NCBI RefSeq assembly: GCF_009914755.1
Contig: NC_060940.1
Length of the DNA: 64,000 nucleotides
DNA from: the human T2T-CHM13v2.0 reference genome, Homo sapiens
Direction: 5' to 3' (one strand)
Shown here: positions 38,813 to 57,900 of the stretch, one piece after another
How positions within the stretch are numbered: the stretch's first letter is position 1
Layout: every line of letters starts with the position of its first letter
The notes under the pieces: generated by a model
What the model was told of the DNA's origin: nothing
Seen by the model: the letters and a program-made list of their open reading frames with translations, nothing else
The model's database searches: none
Position numbers and translations under genes: made by a program

Positions 38813-41800
38813 CATAAGCCAAGGCATTTGATTAATTACACACTAATTTTTTTTTTTTTTTTGGAGACAAGTTCTTGCTCTGTTACTCAGGCTAAAGTGC
38901 AGTGGCACAATCATGCCCACTGCAGCCTAGAACTTCTGGGTAGAAGCGATTCCCCTGCCTCAGCCTCCTGTATAGCTAGAACTATAGGTGCACACCACCA
39001 CGCCCAGCTAATTTTTTAATTTGTAGAGATGGGTCTCGTTATGTTGCCCAGGCTGATCTCCAACTCCAGGCTTCAGTGATCCTCCTGCCTGGGCATCCCA
39101 AAGCACTGGGATTACAGGTGTGAGCCACCACAACTGGCTGAGAGCACTAACTTCCATCAGGCTCCCTCGAGAGCAAGAGACTAAGAGTTACCTTTGAAAG
39201 AGTTCCCCAAGCCTCCAGACCAGGCATGATCTGGCATTCTGGGAGATTAGCTGTCCCTCCTTGCAGCCCCACAGTGCCCACCTGATCTTCTCCAAAGATT
39301 CTCTCACTTTCTGTTCTGCTCTGTGGTTATTTATGAACAGCCCTCACTGCCTCCAAGGATGGGGTAGCCTGCATTCTTGGGGGCTGCCCTTAGCGTACTT
39401 ACCTACGCCACTCAGCTCCTGCTGGACTGCAGATATCTGGAGAGCATGGACCGTACAGAATCTACTTCAACATCCATTCAACATTTTACTGAAGACCTGT
39501 GTGTCAGGTAATATGCTGGGTGTTGGGGATACAGAAGAACCTAGCCACTTCCCATCCCCCACACCCTGGTCCAGGCCAACGTTGGACCTTGTTGGAGCCA
39601 CAATTAATCCTCCTGCAACCTCCCTTGCACACCTCCAATCCATCCTCCATGCAACAGAATTTAAAATAGAAATCTGATCATGTCACTCCCCTGCTTTAAG
39701 CCTTCCAGAGGCTTCCATTTTTTCTTAGGATGAAGACCAAAATTCTTACATTCAGGACCTGGCCTGCCTGTCTTGACACAGCTCACCTCACTGATTCCCA
39801 TTTTGCTTAATTGTTTGCCCTGCAGTCACTATGGCCTTCTTAGAGTTCCTCAGGGTCTTCAGTGGTCCCAGACCGGGAAGCTGTCCATCTCACCACTGAC
39901 ACTGAGATGGGGTGTAAGGAGCAAGATGGGTATTAGGGATCAACTCTTGCAAGAGGAAGTGGGAGAAAGTAGGAATGGGCAGGGAATGAAAAATAGGCCT
40001 GACAAAGCCTCAGGTAACCTGCTGGGGAAGCCCTGGAGCTATGGAAACGGCTGGATTCTTATATGCTGAGTACCTGCCTCTTCACTTAGGGTGCCACAGC
40101 AATCCCAGGCTAGGCGCATCTCCACACTGGCCAGGAGTAATGTCTCTTATCAACCTTCCAGGGCTGGGGTGGGAGCAGCTCATGGGACACCTCATTTGGG
40201 AAATCTTTGTGCAGACCTCTGAACTCTCAGAAAACTCCATCCTTTTTATCCCGAGGAGTTATCACAGTTTGTAATCACGTGTGATGACCTCCGCCTTCCC
40301 TAAGAAACTGTATGTTCTACACAGGTAGGAACAGTCAGCTTGACTCTTTGTAGTCCCAGAACTCAGCCTCATGCCTGGCACAGGGTAAGTGCCCAAGAAG
40401 AATTTGTTAAATTATGGAATAAAGACGGGTATTATGTCTTGCAAACATATGACTCTCCAGCTATGTGGGTTGATAGGAGGTTGCTGTGTATTTGAAGCTC
40501 TCATTTAGCTTATAGGGAGGGCTTTAATGATCATTTCAATCAGGTTTTAGCTTTAATATTTAGGAGCCAGATCCTATCCATCCCCACCTGGTCTAGAGGG
40601 CAAAATAAAAGCAAATCACTAGTCCGGGTGAGGTGACTCACCCCTGTAATCCCAGCATTTTGGGAGGCTAAGGTGTGTGGATCACTTGAGGTCAGGAGTT
40701 CGAGACCAGCCTGGCCAATATCGGGACACCTTCTCTCTACTAAAAATACACCCCCCTCTACCCTCAAAAAAAATTAGCTAGGCATGGTGATGCATGCCTG
40801 TAGTCTCAGCTACTCAGGAGGCTGAGGCAGAAGAATCGCTTGAACCCAGGAGGCAGAGGTTGCAATGAGATGAGATCATGCCACTGCATTCCAGCCTTGG
40901 TGACAGAAACAAGACTCTGTCTCAAAAAATAAAAATAAAAATAAAATAAAAAAATCAGATGAGAACAACAAAACAAAATGAACACACACACACGCAAGCT
41001 TTTGGACTGGGTTAGCTGTGTACAAAAATAAAAAATAAAAGCAAAGTTCATGCTATTGCCACCATCGTCATCACAACCACCACCCAGAAATTTTTCAAAG
41101 GCTCTGTGCATTGTAACAGCAAGCTTGAATTTCCAAACCCAGCGAGCTACACATGAATGGTCCCTGCATGCGTGGGCTGTAGCACTGGGTTAGAAATCAC
41201 AATTCCTGCTCTCCTTTTAGCTGTACCACCTGAACAAGTCACCTAACCTCTCTGAGCCTCATCTATAAAGTGGGAATAATACTGCCTGTGCTTTTGGGTA
41301 AGAAAGTGCTTTGCAAATTGTACAGTGGTTCACAAGAAATCAATGAAGCTTTTTTCCTCATGCAATCTCAGAGAGACGGGTTGGCAGAGGGCATATTAGG
41401 CACTCGACTTGTTTTTCACAGTGATGACGTGGGAGCACACATAAGAAGGCTGTGTGCTTGTTGTTCTCAGTTGTGGAAATAGATTTGTGATCACCTCTCT
41501 AAGCCCCTCCTCCCCTGTCCCTACTGATCAGAGACAGAGATAACAGAAGAGCATAGTACACTGACAAGTGGGTGGACAGCAAGGGACTGCATGGACATTA
41601 CATGCAAGTCAAGGTCAAGCGTGTTTTGGAGGTGGAGGGTTATGTTTGTGTCTCAACTGGGCAGTTGATAACGACGACACTGAAGGAGGAGCTAAGCTCT
41701 CTGGGGAAGACTTTTACCTGGAGACTGAATACCTGGCCATCAAGACCTAGTGTAGACAAAGGTGCGGGGGTGGAACCAGTACATGAGAGCCCAAATAACT

Positions 41801-42844
41801 TTCCAGCGCCTTTGGTGGACCAAGCCAGTTTGCAGACATAGGAATACTCAAAGATATCTTCGGTTTCTGTTGTTCTCCCCACCTACTTTCCTCTTTTATT
41901 GGCAACCAATGTATTTAATCACAGTATGAGGTAGGTGTTACCCTGACTTTACGCATGGGGAAACTAGGCTTTACGAAGACGAGGTAGTACAAACTCAGTT
42001 AAGCAGTGCACGGCTGTATGCAACTGTGGATATTCCGACTCAGGTCTACCTTCTCCCCTACACTGCTGCCCCAACTTTCATAAACCTAATGTGAGTGTGT
42101 GTGTGTTGGGATGTGGGAGCTCTGGGCTGTTTTTCTGGTTGAAAACACCCAGACTCACAGAATTTCCAAGGGGAAGGACCTTAGAGGGTATTTAACTCAT
42201 TTTGCACATGGAGAATCTGGGACCTAGACGGGATTTTGTAGATTCTGTATTTGTATTTTTGATTTTGTAGATTTTGGTGTCTCCATTAGACCCCGAGTCT
42301 TCCAGAACTCCCTTTGCGCCACCCTACGCCACCTCCTAGTCTTGCCCTGCTCTTGCTCTGGGCAAGCCAGGGAGCCTTTCGCCAGCAGACACCGTTACCA
42401 AACATAATAGCCCCCTTGTGCTGGGCATTCATTCTTCAACAAATATTTACTGAGTGGCTCCTCTGTGGCGGGAACTGTTAGAGGTGCTGCGAATGCCATG
42501 AACAAGAAAGACACTGCCTCTGCCCCTCTGGAGCTCGCACGGTTAGTCGGGGGAGGTAAACCATAAGCCAGTAAAAAGTAACCGAAGATAATTTCAGATG
42601 GTAGGCAGAAAATAAAACGGAAGTGATGGAGGTCTGAGGTCAGATGGAGTGGTCGGGAAAACCTGACCACTTGGCAGATGGTCCTTGAAGTCTCACAACA
42701 ACCCTCAGAGGCCGTGGGCAGATCCCCGTTTTGCTGAGAAGGAAGCTGGCGTTCGGTAGTCAGGGCGGCGTGGCCAAGTCCCAGACTCCTCACCCGCCTT
42801 CCTGCCAGCTCTGGTGGGCAGCCGCAGGCACCGTGTGGCCTTGG

Positions 42845-42854
42845 ATGATGAAAC
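42845..42854 (+). promoter_or_regulatory. C/EBP-ATF (ATF4) amino-acid response element
   Basis: ATGATGAAAC; the TGATGAAAC core is identical to the ASNS NSRE-1 and lies in unique promoter DNA. Confidence 0.6.
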
Positions 42855-43110
42855 TCGGGGCGATGACTGCACCATCCAGCAGCCTGCGTCCTCGCAGGTG
42901 CGGGCAGTGAGGGCGGTAGGGGGGCGGACGCGCCACTGGGGACAGGCTGCCAACAGCTCTAGCTTCGCAGACGCGACAGAGAGCACGGCCCCTGCCCCGC
43001 CCCTCCAGGCTCTCCAGCCCCTCAACTGGGACAAAGAGCCCGCCCAGCCCCGGCCACGTTCGGACGAACGCTCCCGCCTACTGTCCGGTCCCGGTCCGGC
43101 CCGGCGCGGG

Positions 43111-43188
43111 GCGCTGTGGGACTTGTAGTTCGCGTCACTCTCCGCAGCCGCTCCGGAGCAGCCAGGGGAACTACAGGGCCCAGGAGGC
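43111..43188. promoter_or_regulatory. Two divergent ZNF143/THAP11-type (ACTACAnnnCCCA) motifs
   Basis: Minus strand GAACTACAAGTCCCACAGCGC (43111-43131); plus strand GAACTACAGGGCCCAGGAGGC (43168-43188). Confidence 0.6.
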
Positions 43189-43239
43189 AGCGCACAGGCC
43201 CGGGGCGGCCCCGACGGTGGTGGGTGTGCGAGCGCAGGG

Positions 43240-44032
<793 letters not shown>

Positions 44033-46090
44033 TGAGGCCTTGCAATACGGTTCACTTGTTGAATTGAATTCGTCAATTGTTGAGCGGGCCGTGCTGCCAG
44101 GCACCGCACGTTGTGTGTCTGCCCTACTCTCGTGGAACCAAGGTCCAGTGGAGAGAGGAACATAAGCGAATGAAGAAAGAAGCAATAGAGTCTCAGTGAT
44201 AAGTTCTTGGAAAAAAGTAAAACGGAAGAGGGTTGGGATGGGGGCGGTGGGAGGGAAACCATTTTAGGTAGGAGGGGAGACGGGGTGGGGGGGGCTCTGC
44301 GGAAAGTTGGTTCTGTTCCCCAGTCTCTTTCTCCGTGTCTTTGGCCTTTAGGGTCTTTGCCAATCCTGATTCCCGGAAGAGAGTCGGCAGAATTCCTTCC
44401 TTTAGGCCCCTCTGGAGCCTTGGCCGACCAGCCACTTCTGTGGTCTGGGGACAGTCACCGAGGTGGGGAACCAGAGAGTTGGGCCTGTCGGGCTTTGGTA
44501 AGGGGGCCCTGGGACTTTCTTCATCTTGGTGGTCGGCCGGCTGGCTAGGATCTTGGCTTGAGTTTATAGCTTCATGTAAGGTGAGCCCACAGCCAGGAAG
44601 GATTTCTGCCTCCCCACAACCAGGATGTCTGGGGTGGGTGATAGAGGGGTCCCTAGGACCTAGGAGAGAGTTATAGCCTGGGTGGAATTCAGGAGGCAGA
44701 GCCAGGAGGGGTTATCTTAAAAAGTAAATACTCCTAAGATTTGTAAGAAGCTAATAATCACCTAGCTGCTTGCTAGAGAGAGTCTGACTGAGAATAGAAG
44801 TGGGAAGGAGGGTTCCTTGATCTTGCCCTCACCCGGGTCACTAGTGTCCCATGAATGCATGGCAGTAAGCTTCAGGGGGATCATGACACTTGGTCCCATT
44901 CCAGTGGGGACTTGGGGGTTTTAATGAGCTCCTGGGCCTCCTGAGACCTTGTTGAGACACTCAGTTCTGCTGACTCAAAACAGTGAGCTGGACAAGTCAG
45001 AGTCCAGTCTCCTGCGGACTCCTTGCAGGGCTAAGTTTAAAGCTGGCCGGGAGGAGGCTGGCTTTGTTTCTGTGCCTCCCTGGCCCAGAGGTGGGCCGGG
45101 CAGAGAACACAGGCTGTTGATGTCTGGCAGGCTGGAGCTGGCCCTCCTTGACGCAACAGCCTCCCTGCTAAAACACAGCTGGGATTAACGCGTTCCTGGT
45201 TTATCACGTTACAGCTGATTTCTCTGGTTCCTGAGCTGGCAGGGGTTCCAGGAATTACCTCTGCCTTTTGCTAAATAGCAACTCCTGTGCTGGCTCCATG
45301 TGGCTTGAGGATGATGAGGACAGAAGGGCACTGTCTTTGCCTTGAGGAATCTGACTGCCACGTTGTTCTCTGAGCCTGAGTCCCCTTCCCCGGATTCTTT
45401 AAGAATGTGTTGGGATTTTTTAGCAGGCAGAATACGTGAGAGCCTTCCAAGTGGGAGCAGTGCTGTGAGCAACCGCAGGAAGTTGGGGAGTTCTGGGCAT
45501 TTGGGGAAGGGGGCTGGTGCTGTAGTGGAACACTAACAGAGGGATGTGGGAGGTGAATGAGACAGAAAAGGTGGACTGGAGTCTTGTGTGCTGGGATTAG
45601 GATGTCATGGTGCGTTTTGGCTGGAGTTGGGAACCAGGAAGGGTTTCCAGCAGGGGTGTGTATTGATGATTGCAGGTGGGCAAATTTCTTGGTCACTGGG
45701 CCAGGGACATCTCTGATTTCTGAGACAGAAGCTCCACACCCCCATATCCTACTCCTGAGTTAGTTGAGTTTTTTTGGCCACCTACATTCTGTGGTAGTTT
45801 CATTCAAGCGCATCCCTTCTCATTCTCTTCTCACTGTGAGTCTCAGTTCCCCGGCTGTGGGTGCTGGCCAGACCAGCTTAGATAGCCTCATTGAAACCCT
45901 TCCTTCTTGGGAGACAGCCTTGCTTCCCCTTGCCAGCTTAAACAGTGCCCTTCTTGCGAGAGCCACATTTCCCCAGTCCTTTCTTTTTATTTCTGGCTTG
46001 CCTTCTCCTTGTGCAGCTTTGGTTTTTCTGCTTCTGTTTTGAACTGTCGTGATCAAAACTGGTTGGTTAGAGGCCGGCCACGGTGGCTCA

Positions 46091-46330
<240 letters not shown>

Positions 46331-47225
46331 TCAGAGCGAGACTCCATCTCAAAAAACAAACAAAAACTGATTGGTTAGAGATGGGATGGGCTAGGATTTG
46401 TAGGGAGTAGGGTGACTTGGGGTGAATCCTGGGCCTCAGGTTCCCTAGAGTATAAACAGATGTGGCCTGGCTGGGCCTGGCTGGGCCAGGGTTTCCCCTG
46501 CCCTCAGTTTTATACCTCCTTGTCCATTCAAAACTGTCCTTGGGGACTCAGGGTGACTCGTGACTCTTGGTGGTACCAAGGCCTTCATGCTGTCTATGGA
46601 ATTCTTTCACCAGGTGTTCTGCAAACAATGTGGGCCGTTTGGCTGGACATGTGGCTCTGGTGTTTGACTTTGGGTGGCTGGCCAAGCTGAGTCCCTATCC
46701 TTTTTGCTTCTCTGGTAGTGGAGCCTGAAGGAGGTGGGGAGGTCGGCTAAGGGCTGTGAAAGGGGCCATTCTCCTGCAGCCCCAGCTCTGTGCTCTTAGA
46801 GGGGCCTTGCTTCTCCCTGACAGCAGCTCCAAAGGGGAGAACCTATCTTAGCTTTTCAGATCCTGGTGTTCACTGCGAGCAGCACTTAAAAATAAGCTGC
46901 AATTAAAAGGAGTTTTGAAAAGATCTGACAGTTCTTCCTCAACCTACTTTTTCCCTTGCTTTATTGGGGGATGGGGGTTGGGGATTGGTACAAGTGGAGA
47001 CAGGAATGGCTTTGCTTCTAGTTGTAAGGCAACAGTCAGGGCAGACATTCAGAACTGAGGGGAAGACTGACAATTACTGGTTACATCAGTGTGTGTTGCA
47101 TCCAAACAAAGGTAAAAGCAGAGGGTGCTAAGGCACATGGCTATAGTTAGCTAAGAACTAAGATTGGAAACCCTGTGTGTGCCAAGCACATGTGTTGAAT
47201 CTCAGTCATTGTTTTCTGTGGCATT

Positions 47226-48455
<1,230 letters not shown>

Positions 48456-49504
48456 AAACTTGTAGTGCAGGCTTCCAATAGGATGAACCCTCCGCCTACC
48501 CAGCCTGCCCAAGTCAGTCACCACACATACGCTGGGCTCTGCCTTTGTGTGCTATGGGCCTTAGACAAGTCATTCAGCCTTGGTTTACTCTTCTGCAAAA
48601 TGTGACCAGTTTATTTCTCTGAAAGACTAGTTTGAGATGTTAATGATAATGCTTTGAACAGCTGTGAAGCTAATTAGACCTGCCAAGTCTTCCTTCTGAA
48701 GCTAATGAGAGTGGTCTGGGGATAAGAAGTGCTGAAGGTCGCTTGTCTTTCCCACTTCCTGAGGCTCTGGGTCTGGGAAGTGTTCTGTGGGGCTTGCTCT
48801 TTCCTCCTGGGCCTCTGCCTTGCTGTCTTGAGCAACTCGCACTATCCTGTTTGGAGTTTATTCAGCTTTCACCCCTGCTTCTGCCTTGGAATCTGGGCTT
48901 CTATAGTTGACCACCCCACGGATGCCCAGAGTTCAGGGGCCTACACCCTGTCTTCCCTGCCTCAGTGATCTGGCAGCTCAGCCCTGGAGGCTCTTGCCTG
49001 CACTCTCAGTCACAGACGTGTGTAGCCGCAGCTCCGGTTTCTTCTGGTTTCACTTGTCTTTCTGTTTTGGGACCAGATCTTGTGCTGAGCCTCAGCTGTG
49101 AAATGGACCTGTTTTCTGGGACTGTGGGGTCTAGTTGGTGTTTGTCTTTGGGGCCTCTTGCTGGAGCTTTCTGCCCGCCCTAGCCCCAGTCAGTGCCCTT
49201 TTTGGGATCAGGAGCCCGGGAGCATTTTCACATTGTGCTCCTAGGCCTGGGACCTGCGGGTCCTCTCTCCCACACCCTGCCATTCTCCTTCCCTGCACCC
49301 CCTTCTTATTCTTCACCAGCCTGGGCTCAGGAGGGTGGCGGTCTCATCTGTGCTACTCATGGCTGTCACTGGGGCATGGGTGACCAGTATTTGTTGAATT
49401 GGAGGAAAGTTCTCTGCCATCCTTTCTGCCCACAGGCCATGTGAAGTGACCAGAGCCATCCCTTGCATAAGGAAACAGCCTTGTGCCTGTTTTTTTCTCC
49501 CCAT

Positions 49505-51745
<2,241 letters not shown>

Positions 51746-51748
51746 ATA

Positions 51749-52389
<641 letters not shown>

Positions 52390-53228
52390 TGTTCCCTTCC
52401 GTGGGCCGCCTTTTTGTTGATTGTTTCCTTTGCTGTGCCTTGTTAGAATATCCATCCGCCCCTGACCCTCATGCTGGTGCGAGGCCTGTGGGTTGGGGAG
52501 GACAGTTATTCTCCCTGCTAACACCCTATGAAATATGCCGTCCCTAGAGCTGGGGGGTTGGTGCCCTCCCCTGATCCCTGCTTGAGCCAAAGCGGCGGGA
52601 GGGGAGCCCTCCCTGGGAAGGACCTTCCGTGCATCTGTGCCGCACAGGGGAGGTGGCTCTGGGAGGGATATGTGCAGGTGGATTCGAAGGTGGCTCTAGA
52701 ATGCCGTGAGAGGAATCAGGATGCTGCGGCTCCTTAGTCCCTCTGAGCTGGCAGGGCCCTGAGGGCAGGGCAGGGGCGAGGTTCCCATGGGTGCTGTGCC
52801 TGTGGGCTCTGGACCAGTCACTCTGGGAGTCTACCCCAGGGCTCTTGGTATTTCCCATCCCATGTAGACCTTGAGTTCCCGGATGCAGGAGTGTGCTCAG
52901 AACAGTTTCTTCTGCATGGTGGCCCTTGGCTGGGTGGGCTGGTTTCTTCACCCATTCAGGGTAGCCAGTGTCCTGACCCCCAGCTCATCCATCATAGCAA
53001 AGTGTCCAGGATCTGCAGGCACCAAGACCCAAGAATGGAGGTGCTGTGTTCCCAGGCTTCGCGGCAGCGGCCCTGCATTGGTCGAGCAGTGCGGGGGGAG
53101 GGCACGGGAAAGGAACATTCAGGGCTCTGTTCCAGGCGTTATTCTCTCCCTGTGTTGGGCTGGCCCAGGGCCCACAGCTGTGTGTTGGTTCCTGGGCCTC
53201 ACAACTGTGACAGATTTACTCCCTGTGA

Positions 53229-53756
<528 letters not shown>

Positions 53757-54115
53757 TAGCCAGGATGGTCTCGATCTGCTGACCTCGTGATCCGCTCGCC
53801 TCAGCCTCCCAAAGTGCTGGGATTACAGGCGTGAGCCACCGCACCTGGCCGCCACTGAGAATCCTTATCCATGTTGGCCAGACACTGAAGAACTCAGCAG
53901 ATGGGCCACAAGGGGCTTAGAGGACCCCCTTCCCCGAGAAACATAGCTTGTAGGACTTACGCCCTGTTTATGATGGTCCAGAGCCACTTCCGGGGCATCT
54001 TCAGTCCCCCATGCCTCCTTGCTTAGGGCTTAGGGGTGGCACACTAGGGCCAGAAAAACATGTTTAGCTGCTGCTTTTGTCTCTCAAGCCTGCTGGTTTG
54101 TTGTTGTTGTTTTTA

Positions 54116-54505
<390 letters not shown>

Positions 54506-54593
54506 TCAAGTGTGATACTCCCACTTCAGCCTCCCCAGTAGCTGGGGCTATAGGCATGTGCCACCATGCCTGGCTAATTTTAATTTTTTGTAG

Positions 54594-54731
<138 letters not shown>

Positions 54732-56099
54732 TAAGGTGTACATTACTGATTTTGAAAAGGCCATGTCTTCTAAAGTTGCTTTTATTCACACATTGCATGA
54801 AAAGGAGAAAAGACAAGTGTCACAAGCACAGAGTTATATCTGTAAAATTTGTATTTGGGGTACCTTTGGGGAAGGGGCAGCTGGAGACAGGACAAAGGCC
54901 AGGCCCTCCCACCCGGGCTGTGGCCACCACCTTGCTGAGCCCGTTTTTCCTCCCACTGTGACCCTGGTGACCTTGTTCCTGGGCCGGCTTTTGTAAGATG
55001 ATATTTGTACTCTGCTAAGGGCTTTCACACTGTTTGTTTCAGGTAATCCTTTCAGCTGCCCTGGGAAGTCCTTGAACCTGTTGTTGACTGCATTTCTCCC
55101 AGTGGCTGATTGGGTTTATCAGGGAAATGTGCAGGATTCCCACGTTTCCAGGTCCCTGTAATTCTCTATGTCAAGCTCTGCTTTCGCCTTTGCAGCAGCC
55201 ATGGTGTCCTTCTGTCACCTCCCCAGTGATGTCACAAGGGTCTTGGACTTCTCTCTGTGATCTCTCTTCTGTGCTACACACATTGCTCAGGCAGTGGCCT
55301 CAATTTGCTCTTCAGTCAGTCTTTTTAATCCCTGATGCTTTTTTTTTTTTAATGTGAAAATCAGCCCAGATTTTTCATTCTGCAAAGAATGGGTTGCAAG
55401 AAAATGACCCTGAGGATTCCCTGCTGATCCATGTCTTCCGATGGGGAGGGTGTCCTCAGTGTCCCTGGCTAGTCATTTAGACCATTGCGGTAGAGCTGCG
55501 CCTGGGGCAGGATGCAGAGGAGTCTGGGACCCTGTGTGCCTGACATTTGGCATGTTCTGCTGCTGACCCCTGCCTCCCTCCCACACATCTGGCCCGGAGC
55601 TGCCTTTTAGACTTCCCTGTGTGGTGGCAGTCAGGCAGCGGAGCAGCAGCTGTTCGGGATGCTTGGGCAGCCAGAAAAGCTCTTCCAGCCCTTCTGGAAA
55701 GTGGGAGGCAGAGGAGGAGCATAGTGGTTAAGAAGAGTGACCTTGGAATCCGTCTTCCTGTACTTATATTCATTCCCAGCACTTACATTAATCAGTTATG
55801 TGGCTGGGCACAGTGGTTCACCCCTGTAACCCCAACACTTTGGGAGGCCAAGGCGGAGGATCGCCTGAGCCCAGAAGGTCGGGGATGCAGTGAACCATGA
55901 TCACACCACTGCACTTCAGCCTGAGTGACAGAGTGAGACCCTGTCTCTACAAAATAGTAACAATAAGTAATAAATAAAATTATGTTGGTCAGGCGCAATG
56001 GCTCACGCCTGTAATCCTAGCACTTTGGGAGGCTGCGGTGGGTGGATCACATGAGTTGGAGACCAGCCTGGCCAACACGTTGAAATCCTGTCTCTACTA

Positions 56100-56216
<117 letters not shown>

Positions 56217-56503
56217 CTACTGTACTCCATCTTGGGCAAGAGAGCAAGCCTCTGTCTCAAAAAAATAAAATTATGTGACCTTGAGGAAGTTTCTACCCTT
56301 TAAGAGCCTTGATTTCCTCATCTGTCAAATGGGATTAATACTAGTTCTTCCTCATGGGGTGGCTGTGAAGGTTAAATGAGACCAGGCATGTCAAAGGCCT
56401 GGCACCAAGTCAGATACTTGGTAAGCCTCAAAATAGGGCTGTTTATTAATATCCTGCGGGAACCTTGCCTGGCCTCTGGAATCCAGGGTTTAAGAGTTTC
56501 TAA

Positions 56504-56752
<249 letters not shown>

Positions 56753-57745
56753 TAGCCTCCTTCCTGCCTTTCTGAGGTTGTTGAAAATTCCCAGACCTGT
56801 TTTGGGGTTGCTCTGGTGTAGGAGCCTCCCAGGGAGACTCTTCCACAAGGCGGGGTCCTGGGAGCTGAGTTAGGAACTTGGTGGGCAAAGGCAGTGGTGG
56901 GGTAGGCGGCAGCCCAGAGGACAGGGAAAGGCTGGCTGGGCTGGGAGGAGGCGTCGGGGGGCAGCAGGAGGTGTCATGGTGGGGGCAGGATGTGGCTTCC
57001 CACTTGAGACCCTCCTGGGTGTGAGTGTGGGCTCTGCTGCGTACCAGTTGGGTGGCTTTGGGCAGGTGGAAGTTGGCAGAGCGCCGCCTCGGGAGATTGC
57101 CGGGCCTTGGTGAGGCGATGAGTGCAGAGGCCTCCTGGGGCCCAGCACAGGAGCTCCAGATTGGGGACGGCCACTGTGAGCCGCTGCACCCCTGGCTGCC
57201 TCTGCAGTGACCCAGCTCCCTCCTCAGGCTCCAGGAGAAGGCGGCTTCCATGTTTCAGTCTGAGCACTAACCTCGAGAGTGCTGCCTGGGCCGGGATTGT
57301 GGGATTATGGGATTGGTGGGCTGGAGGCGGTGGGGTGGGAGATGCCCCAGGGCAGGACAGAGGCGGGAGACCCAGTGTGTGACAGCTTTTTCTAGAAGGA
57401 CTGAGGCCTGTTTTGTTTTATTTAGGTTTTGTTTTTGTTTTTGTTTTGTCGCCCAGGTTTGTTTTTGTTTTGTTGCCCAGGTTGCAGTACAGTGGTATGC
57501 TCTCGGCTCACAGCAACCTCCACCTCCTGGGTTCAAGCAACTTTCCTGCCTCAGCCTCCTGAGTAGCTGGGATTACAGGCATGCACCACCACGCCTGGCT
57601 GATTTTTGTATTTTTGGTAGAGATGGGGTTTCTCCATGTTGGCCAGGCTGGTTTCAAACTCCTAACTTCAAATGATCCGCCTGCCTCGGCCTCCCAAAGT
57701 GCTGCGATTACAGGCGTGAGCCACCATACCTGGCCTGTTTTATTT

Positions 57746-57900
57746 ATATTTATATACATATATATATATATATACGTATATATATACACATATATATACA
57801 CACACATATATATGTGTATATATATACACACACATATATATGTGTATATATATACACACACACATATATATATATAACACACATATATATATATATATAT
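57746..57900. repeat. Compound (TA)n/(CA)n microsatellite between two Alus
   Basis: Seen directly. Confidence 0.95.
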
